A stretch of DNA of 32,000 nt. It comes from Candidatus Thorarchaeota archaeon (GTDB lineage Archaea > Asgardarchaeota > Heimdallarchaeia > Hodarchaeales > Hodarchaeaceae). The translations under genes and the position numbers were made by a program. Under the pieces are notes generated by a model. That model was not told where the DNA came from. It ran no database searches and saw only the letters and a program-made list of their open reading frames with translations. This document shows positions 25,561-32,000 of the stretch, one piece after another; the stretch's first letter is position 1, and every line of letters begins with the position of its first letter. Location of the stretch: positions 30,001-62,000 of the forward strand of contig JBHLRO010000007.1 of NCBI GenBank assembly GCA_048882505.1. Direction: 5' to 3'.

Positions 25561-27963
25561 ATGATAAAATCCAAAAACCTATTTGCTGTGGCATTTAAAG
25601 ATCTTAATTCAATTGATCAAGACGTTGCAGGAGGGAAGGGAGGAAATCTTGCTCTTCTCTTTCAGGCTGGTTTTCCTGTTCCAAATGGATTCATTATCAA
25701 GCCTAATGCCTTTGATAACGATGAATTGATCTCAAAAGCTTGGCTAGAGATTAAGAGGCATTTAACAAATCTTCGTAAGAAGAACCCTGATTCACAGTTT
25801 GTCGTTCGTTCTTCAGCCTTAATGGAGGACTCATTGAGAGCATCATTTGCTGGAGAGTTTGAAACGGTTCTTGGCAATCGAACAGATGATGAGATTCACA
25901 AAGCCATCCATGTTGTGCGCGCATCACGACTTAAAGACCGAGTAAAAGTTTATAGCAAAGAGAAAGGTCTGATGGATACTCACGAGATGGCCGTAATCGT
26001 GCAGCAACAAGTCCCAGCTGACATCTCCGGTGTGCTGTTTTCAGCAGACCCAGTTACAGGTAATCGAATGATAATGGTGGGGAACTATGTTACTGGTTAC
26101 GGAGAACATTTAGTTTCTGGAGAACGTGATGCTGAAAAATTCATTATAGAGCGTCCAAAAGGAAGATATAATGGCCCTAGCTCTCTGAAAAAACACTCAA
26201 AGAAGTTATACAAGCTGGCTATAAGAGCTGAGAAAGTATTCGCTTTTCCACAAGATATCGAATTCTGCATTTCGGGTGGGAAACTATTCCTACTTCAATC
26301 ACGATCAGTTTCTACTCTAGTGGGTTATGATCCAGTTAAAGGTTTGTGGAATGCGAGTTTGATTGGAGATTATCTTTGGTCGAATGTCAACATGTCTGAG
26401 GCAACACCTGAAGTAATGACACCAAGTACATGGTCATTCAGTGAGATCCTTCTTATCGAAGCAGAGACCTTCGTATCAGATGCTGAATGTCCCGTTGCGG
26501 GAAATATTTGTGGTAGACCATATGTGAATTTGAGTTATTTTGCATCATCATTTGGGTCACTTGGAATGAATTTTGAAAAGTCATTGGGTCAGTTTGAAGA
26601 TACTATGGGTCGTATGCCAGAACTCCCAAGAGTTCCATTGTTCCCTTACCGTTTGCGGACATTTATCAGGCATGTTCCAGCAAATATCTGGTTAGAATTC
26701 TTTGGAAAAAAATTCATAAGGAAAAGATACGAATTTGTGGCTAGTACACCCGAAAAATGTCAAGAAATAAAGGAAAGAATCAGTACCGCTTCCACAAATG
26801 ATGAATTGATTTCTTTGTATAACGAGGAAATTTACCCCTATTTTCTCCATTCTTGTTGGACTCTTCGTTTCATTATGAAAAGTGCTATTCCTCCTACGAC
26901 CAAGTTACGAACGAAATTACTCAAACTAGTAGGGGAAGAGGATGCAAATACATTATTGTCTAATCTGTCTGGGATTGAGGGTCAATTAGCTAGTCTCGGA
27001 CCGTTACTTGGACTATCGAAAGTAGATGAAGGAGAATTGTCCCCTACTCAATATATGGATAAATACGGTCATAGATCTTCCCATGAGACAGAGTTATCTA
27101 TTCCCCGACCATATGAAGATCCAAACTGGTTGAATGAAAAACTAGAAGAATATAGGAAGACTCCGATTAAGGTTAAAGAGTTACTGCATAGGAGACATGA
27201 TAAATTCAAAGTAGCTTGGGAAAAGTTAACGAAAAAACATCCCAAAAAGGCAAACAAAATTAAAAAACAAATAACTCATGTTACCCAAGCTACGATTGAT
27301 AGAGAAGATGTTAGGTCTGAATATATACGATTCTGGGGTATTATTAGAGAGTTTTTATTAAAAGTGGCACAGCTCACGAATTTAGGAGAGGGCATTTTCT
27401 TCTTAACAAAGGAGGAAGTGCTTGAAGTTCTTAAGGGAAATGAATTCGTACGGGCGTTTATACCAACTCGCAAAGATACATATGAGCGATATAAAGAGCT
27501 CCCTCCATATCCAGCATTTATTATTGGTCGTTTTGATCCATTAGAATGGGCCAAAAGTCCAGCTAGACGGAGTGACCTGTATGATTCTCAGGGAACTTCA
27601 GCTATCAGCATCGATGAAAGAGCTGATGTTGTTAAAGGTTCAGCCGCGTCTATGGGTCGAGTTGAAGGGTACGTTCGTCTATTAAATTCTCCCGATGAGG
27701 GCTACTTATTACAACCAGGGGAGATATTGGTTACTACGACAACTAATATTGGGTGGTCCTTACTTTTTCCCAAAGCTGCTGGTATAGTTACGGATGTGGG
27801 AGCCATTCTGTCGCATGCAGCAATTGTTGCACGGGAATTAGGGATTCCAGCCGTTGTTGGATGTGGAGATGCCACCATGAGATTAAAAACCGGAAACAAG
27901 GTTTTGGTTGACGGTGGAAGGGGAATAGTCGAAATTAAAAAACCTACGAATGAAGATTGCTAA
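25561..27963 (+). CDS. PEP-utilising enzyme with rifampicin phosphotransferase/PigC-like architecture (ATP-grasp, helical substrate domain, swivel phospho-His)
   Basis: GGKGGNL, VVRSSALMED...SFAGEFET, PQDIEF...LLQSR, YGHRS..E.ELS.PR..EDP and SHAAIVARELGIPAVVG (His at 27814). The likely start is ATG 25561. Confidence 0.85.
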   Translation: MIKSKNLFAVAFKDLNSIDQDVAGGKGGNLALLFQAGFPVPNGFIIKPNAFDNDELISKAWLEIKRHLTNLRKKNPDSQFVVRSSALMEDSLRASFAGEFETVLGNRTDDEIHKAIHVVRASRLKDRVKVYSKEKGLMDTHEMAVIVQQQVPADISGVLFSADPVTGNRMIMVGNYVTGYGEHLVSGERDAEKFIIERPKGRYNGPSSLKKHSKKLYKLAIRAEKVFAFPQDIEFCISGGKLFLLQSRSVSTLVGYDPVKGLWNASLIGDYLWSNVNMSEATPEVMTPSTWSFSEILLIEAETFVSDAECPVAGNICGRPYVNLSYFASSFGSLGMNFEKSLGQFEDTMGRMPELPRVPLFPYRLRTFIRHVPANIWLEFFGKKFIRKRYEFVASTPEKCQEIKERISTASTNDELISLYNEEIYPYFLHSCWTLRFIMKSAIPPTTKLRTKLLKLVGEEDANTLLSNLSGIEGQLASLGPLLGLSKVDEGELSPTQYMDKYGHRSSHETELSIPRPYEDPNWLNEKLEEYRKTPIKVKELLHRRHDKFKVAWEKLTKKHPKKANKIKKQITHVTQATIDREDVRSEYIRFWGIIREFLLKVAQLTNLGEGIFFLTKEEVLEVLKGNEFVRAFIPTRKDTYERYKELPPYPAFIIGRFDPLEWAKSPARRSDLYDSQGTSAISIDERADVVKGSAASMGRVEGYVRLLNSPDEGYLLQPGEILVTTTTNIGWSLLFPKAAGIVTDVGAILSHAAIVARELGIPAVVGCGDATMRLKTGNKVLVDGGRGIVEIKKPTNEDC

Positions 27964-27992
27964 TCAATTGGATCTTACTTTAGCTTTGTTCA

Positions 27993-28059
27993 TAGGATAA
28001 CCACCCCATAAAGTTCCTTGACATTACGCGAACTTGTATTAGTTACGGGGAGTATCCTA
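27993..28059. repeat. Long imperfect stem-loop between convergent genes
   Basis: Nested complementary pairs TAGGATA/TATCCTA, CCCC/GGGG, ATA/TAT and AAGTTC/GAACTT. Confidence 0.5.
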
Positions 28060-28086
28060 GCGTACATGGGATCCACTAACTAGACT

Positions 28087-28117
28087 GGAGAAAGAAAAAA
28101 GAAGAAAAAAAGAGAAA
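28087..28117 (-). terminator. U-rich (archaeal-type) terminator downstream of the luxC-like gene
   Basis: The minus strand reads TTTCTCTTTTTTTCTTCTTTTTTCTTTCTCC, starting about 16 nt after the stop at 28133. Confidence 0.55.
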
Positions 28118-28132
28118 TGGGAGGAAACGGAA

Positions 28133-29626
28133 TTAGAATGTTTGTTCGTCCATCACCCATTTGACCATCCGCCTCAGGGGTTCGATGGCATCTTGGGGGG
28201 TCGCAAAGCTTCCATTACCCGCATTGCCCAGGGATACAATCCGTTGGACACCATGCATGATAAGATCATCCCGAATATCCTGCTTTAGACGTTCCGGATA
28301 GATTCCTGCTGTCTGAGTGTATGCGTTGGTCGATTGGATAGCGGTTTCAATGGAATCAATGGGAACGATATTGGCTACCCGTGAACAAAGCTGTGCTGAA
28401 AAGTCAACTGGTTCATCCCATTGCGAGACGATGACGGCACCCTCATTGTCCTGACCTCCGTACACCTGATAAAAATCATCCGTGAGTCGAATTGCATCAA
28501 TTTCATTCTTTAATTCGGCATCGAATGTCTTTGGAGAGGTTGAAAACTCTGGGGGAAGATTAATCAACGCAGAATAAAGATATTGCCCGAATCGATTTGC
28601 CTTTTCAATACCTTCTGGATCAGTACCGCTTTCGACATAAATCACTCTGGCACAAACGCAGGCTTCTTGATTGAATACCCCCACGTCACGTGCGGCTAAT
28701 GATGCCGCCGAGTAAATCGTATCTTCATTTGAAAAGGCTTCTCTGCCAATTATGGAGGTAGACAGCTTGGGGTCCAGGGTGATTAGGTCAATACCTGGTT
28801 GCAGGTATCGCGTGATGTGTTTGATACTGGGAAATCCACCCCAGGCAATGATTTTCTCAACGTACTGGGGAGTATAGAACTGTTCTTCGAACTCAACATC
28901 CCCTCCTTTCCAATAAGCGGTACTCACATGTTTGGTTATCGGATGGTTAGGTTCCATTTCGATCATAGTCAAGGCAAGAGCGGAGGCGGTAATGGGGTCG
29001 TTGGAAGGTGTTTTAATCACTGTATCGCATCGGGTGGCACAACTACGAGCTAGTGTACCCGCGGCAACTAACGGAACATTTCCCGCAATCACATGAACAG
29101 TTCGAGCTCCAAAAGCCCGAATCGATACAGTTCGTCCATCCAACATTCTGGTAGGAACCCATTCATCCAGATAAGGTATTCCAATACGGTGTTCCAACAT
29201 GTCTTTGATATGAGCCTTGCTCAAGAACTGTGGAAGCGCATGGTAGGTTGCGGCTAAAACGCTTTTAGTGAGACCACTTGCTTCTACCGACAACTTGAAA
29301 GCTTCTCGGAGGTATTCATTTTCACTTAAAACCAATCTTTCCCCGAGATCGTGAATGAAATCCAATATCTCCTCAACCGAGAGATTGTAGAGATCCCTGA
29401 GCCGTGAAGAATCTGCGAGCCCGATGCGATGGACATATTTCTTTGCATCTGGAGTTAGAAACTGAGCCCTACCATTTCTTCCCCCGAATACTGGATCGTT
29501 TGAATTTGGAAAGATGGCTTTACCTCGTATAATTAGAGGTACCTCGAATTCAACAGCAATAGATTTCGGATGGGCTGTCTTTGGGGGTACCATCGGTTCT
29601 TGGGTTTGTTGAATTATGGCTGTCAT
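28133..29626 (-). CDS. luxC: LuxC-like acyl-CoA/acyl-protein reductase (ALDH fold)
   Basis: VHVIAGNVP, VIKTPSNDP, YWKGG, IIAWGG, LDPKLSTSII, catalytic FNQEACVCARVIY and HGVQRIVSLG. Confidence 0.85.
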   Translation of the reverse strand: MTAIIQQTQEPMVPPKTAHPKSIAVEFEVPLIIRGKAIFPNSNDPVFGGRNGRAQFLTPDAKKYVHRIGLADSSRLRDLYNLSVEEILDFIHDLGERLVLSENEYLREAFKLSVEASGLTKSVLAATYHALPQFLSKAHIKDMLEHRIGIPYLDEWVPTRMLDGRTVSIRAFGARTVHVIAGNVPLVAAGTLARSCATRCDTVIKTPSNDPITASALALTMIEMEPNHPITKHVSTAYWKGGDVEFEEQFYTPQYVEKIIAWGGFPSIKHITRYLQPGIDLITLDPKLSTSIIGREAFSNEDTIYSAASLAARDVGVFNQEACVCARVIYVESGTDPEGIEKANRFGQYLYSALINLPPEFSTSPKTFDAELKNEIDAIRLTDDFYQVYGGQDNEGAVIVSQWDEPVDFSAQLCSRVANIVPIDSIETAIQSTNAYTQTAGIYPERLKQDIRDDLIMHGVQRIVSLGNAGNGSFATPQDAIEPLRRMVKWVMDEQTF

Positions 29627-29670
29627 AGTTCACCACTTCAATTATGAAAAAAGAGAGGAGGAATGTTTGA

Positions 29671-31101
29671 TCACGATTCTTCCTCTAGCAGAAAATCGAG
29701 GAGTGCATCGTTGGCTTCTTGAACGCCCGCACAGGTGATCTTGTCATCGCCACCTTGTTTTTCACTGTATCTTTGTATCCCTTTGTCGAACCACACACCC
29801 TTGTAACCACAACCACACGGGTCATTATCCCAATGAATGGTCACTTCATCACCTGTGATGAAGCCCCCCCAGTAGCTCTCCGTTAAAAGGTCGTAAAACG
29901 CAAAACGGCCAGTTTTGGTTTCATTCCGTGGTTGAACTTTACCTGTTTCGGGATCCAATAGATAAGGGATGAACCACGGAGGGAGATGGTAGTGATTATG
30001 GTCACAGGCGATACAACCACCGCCGGTCATCTCGGTCATGCCGTAAGAGTCCCGAATGAAGGGGACACCGTAAAATTTCAAGCATTTCTCGTACCAGCCA
30101 TCAGGCGGTTGATAATTTTTCATGCCACCTCCAGTAACTATCCCAGTTCCAGGGCCGAAGACGTTTTTGGCCCCTTGTTCGATCCCCGCCAAGGCGGTTT
30201 CGATAATCGGCTGCCATACGGACATGAATAGCACATCTCGTCCAGCGTACTCGGTAATAAGTTTGTTGATGAACGCCTCCATCATTTTTGGAGCTTGACG
30301 TTTCATCTTGATGAGCTCACCCTTGTTATGTGCGAGGGCCTTGATTAACTGGAGCTTTCCCAGTTCACCTTTGGCTTTGGCCGCCCTTACTCTTCCAGCT
30401 AGACTCATAAAATCGGCGCTCATGAATCCTTCAAAGGCGGTGTGGAATTCTGCGTCCGAACCCGCGATTTCGGGACCAAAACGGCCTATGACCCGCTGCT
30501 GGAGCTGGCGTCCATCCCGATACCCTGGGAAGAAGACAGGCATCTTGACCTTACGGTAGTTGTTACCTGTTATTCCTTCGAGTAACAGGTAGAACCCGTC
30601 AGAGTAGGCCGCCATCTCAGACGCGGAACGGGGCAAGAAAGAGAGCTTCCCCGTAGTCCCACTACTGTGAACGATTTCAATGTCGGTAGCATCTTCAATG
30701 GCCTGTAACCAGCCATCTATGGTTTTTACTCCCTTCGTATTAACTGTGGAGAGATCGTGGGTAGTTAATTTCTGAAGCCACTCCGTAAGTTTGTCAAAGC
30801 GTTTTTTTTCGATGAGGAAAAGCGGGTAACTCTTATAGAGACTATGTTGAAAAAGCAGCGGCCCAGCATCCTCCAAGGTTGCGATTTCTTGGATACCTTG
30901 TTCATTGGCCAGCTTTTCGAGGGCCTGGATTCGCGGTCGGAAGTATTCAAAGCGGCGCTTAAGCGCCTCTAATTGGATCTGTTCAACCGTACTAGCATCT
31001 AGATCCAATACCTGGGAGATTGGGAGTTTAGCTAACTCCGCAGGATCTGAAACATATCGTCCCACCTCGTTTTGGACGATTTTTTTGATAATAGATGTCA
31101 T
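29671..31101 (-). CDS. luxE: LuxE/PaaK-like acyl-protein synthetase (ANL superfamily)
   Basis: HSSGTTGKLSFLP (A3 loop), DSYGMTE (A5), GRFAFYDLL, GGFITGD and C-terminal DDKITCAG. It lies directly upstream of the luxC-like gene. Confidence 0.8.
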   Translation of the reverse strand: MTSIIKKIVQNEVGRYVSDPAELAKLPISQVLDLDASTVEQIQLEALKRRFEYFRPRIQALEKLANEQGIQEIATLEDAGPLLFQHSLYKSYPLFLIEKKRFDKLTEWLQKLTTHDLSTVNTKGVKTIDGWLQAIEDATDIEIVHSSGTTGKLSFLPRSASEMAAYSDGFYLLLEGITGNNYRKVKMPVFFPGYRDGRQLQQRVIGRFGPEIAGSDAEFHTAFEGFMSADFMSLAGRVRAAKAKGELGKLQLIKALAHNKGELIKMKRQAPKMMEAFINKLITEYAGRDVLFMSVWQPIIETALAGIEQGAKNVFGPGTGIVTGGGMKNYQPPDGWYEKCLKFYGVPFIRDSYGMTEMTGGGCIACDHNHYHLPPWFIPYLLDPETGKVQPRNETKTGRFAFYDLLTESYWGGFITGDEVTIHWDNDPCGCGYKGVWFDKGIQRYSEKQGGDDKITCAGVQEANDALLDFLLEEES

Positions 31102-31455
31102 TTCTTTTTCACTGTTTTATTTTTCACCGTATTTCAGGATTTTTCCCACTAGAACCCGTTACGGTCCGTAGGGTTGACGTGTATCAGAAGAAACACATCG
31201 AATCTCCCACTGAAGTCTAAGGGTGTTTATATACTTGAAGTGGAAAACATGTTGGACCATCAATCGATCTTGAACTGGCTTTCGTTTCAGATGTGATGAA
31301 TACCGAGTGTGTATTGGATCCCTCACAAATAGCCCCATCTGCGCTATGATGACCGATTAAGAAGTTTCGGATAACGATTCATAGATCCATTTTCTCGATG
31401 TCCGATTAAGGCCGCTTTCCGTTTTCCTGTTTGAGTTTGTTGGGAGCTTTTAAAG

Positions 31456-31488
31456 GGGTATTTAAATGCCCGAAACTCTTTATAAGAG
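31456..31488. promoter_or_regulatory. Tandem AT-centred palindromes GGGTATTTAAATGCCC and CTCTT-TAT-AAGAG (TATA/operator)
   Basis: The 16-bp palindrome has one T-G mismatch (31456-31471) and is followed by a 5-bp inverted repeat (31476-31488). Both lie upstream of ATG 31561. Confidence 0.35.
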
Positions 31489-31560
31489 GTCATCCTATTC
31501 ATCCCTTTTCGAGCAGTTTGGAACGCGTAAAGTTTCGAACTGGCAGGAAAGTGATGAAGA

Positions 31561-32000
31561 ATGGGTTCCAACCATACAGATGGGGTAATAGCCCCGTCTC
31601 CTCAATTCGCGGGCCTAGTTGCCCCACCAGATGACTATGATACACGGCGAGGCCATCCTGATCGTCAACGGATCTGGATCAATGGAACTCGTGCCGGTAT
31701 CAGCGAATGGGCCTGTTATGGGCCCAATTTTCGGCGTCTTGCACGTCTTCACAACCGGATTCGCGGTCAGGAGACGGAATACGCGGCAAATAGCCGTATG
31801 GCCTCGTATTTGAAAACCGTAAATCGGTTATCGGAGTTTTTTTCATATCCGATGATGGTCGAATGCGCAATTAGCCTTTCTCGGGTCCCAGATTTGTTTT
31901 ATTCTTCTGAACGGAATAGGTATGTGGGTATAATTGCCATGATAGAATTGCAGCGCAGTCTCCATGATGCAATCTTGACGGACAGTGAATTAGAACGAAT
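31561..32000 (+). CDS. Hypothetical protein, 3'-truncated by the window end (not in the ORF track)
   Basis: ATG 31561 opens about 146 codons without a stop (MGSNHTDGVIAPSPQFAGLVAPPDDYDTRRGHPDRQRIWINGTRAGISEW...RIRGQETEYAAN...DSELER). Confidence 0.5.
   Translation, partial: MGSNHTDGVIAPSPQFAGLVAPPDDYDTRRGHPDRQRIWINGTRAGISEWACYGPNFRRLARLHNRIRGQETEYAANSRMASYLKTVNRLSEFFSYPMMVECAISLSRVPDLFYSSERNRYVGIIAMIELQRSLHDAILTDSELER

Noticed and set aside
27993-28059. SECIS element
   Set aside because: Neither flanking gene has an in-frame TGA, and there is no clear RUGA/GA quartet with apical AA.
28133-31101. Bioluminescence operon
   Set aside because: No luxA/luxB or luxD in the window. LuxCE-like pairs alone only produce aldehydes.
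22713-31471. Recurrent GGG/CCC-flanked ATTTAAAT in three intergenic regions (~22713, ~24462, ~31456) as a regulon motif
   Set aside because: The core is simply a TATA-like TTTAAAT and the flanks are inconsistent.
31344-31813. ORFs 31344-31571 (-), 31431-31634 (+) and 31619-31813 (+)
   Set aside because: Short and motif-less. They overlap the longer open frame starting at 31561 or its promoter palindromes.
1-32000. tRNA, rRNA, transposase or integrase
   Set aside because: No T-loop/cloverleaf, rRNA-like segment, or DDE/tyrosine-recombinase motifs were recognised by eye.

Overview
Archaeal chromosomal DNA, probably from an Asgard/Heimdallarchaeia-like lineage. The domain assignment rests on RadA, XPD and Hef-fold genes, TATA-type promoters and a PGF-CTERM-like anchor; the lineage call is inference. 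The window has two parts. (1) About 1-19.5 kb is a tightly packed DNA recombination/repair locus. It carries a divergent RadA, a RadB/Rad51-paralog-like ATPase, an intact XPD/Rad3 helicase and a PD-(D/E)xK nuclease. It also carries a run of apparently catalytically dead homologues: Hef/FANCM helicase, Cas4/AddB-like Fe-S nuclease, HerA/VirB4-like ATPase, a second RecA-fold protein and a zincin-like membrane protein. These are interleaved with membrane proteins and a 1598-aa Ig-repeat surface protein, and the two divergent promoter regions share a 16-bp motif. (2) About 19.8-32 kb is an accessory region: duplicated small membrane proteins, a SAM methyltransferase, an orphan Hcp (T6SS tube-like) protein with a signal peptide next to a CTERM-anchored surface protein, a TetR regulator divergent from a rifampicin-phosphotransferase/PigC-like PEP-utilising enzyme, and a GC-richer luxE-luxC-like acyl-reductase pair. 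No rRNA, tRNA, CRISPR array or transposase was seen. All family calls come from motif recognition by eye; no database searches were run.
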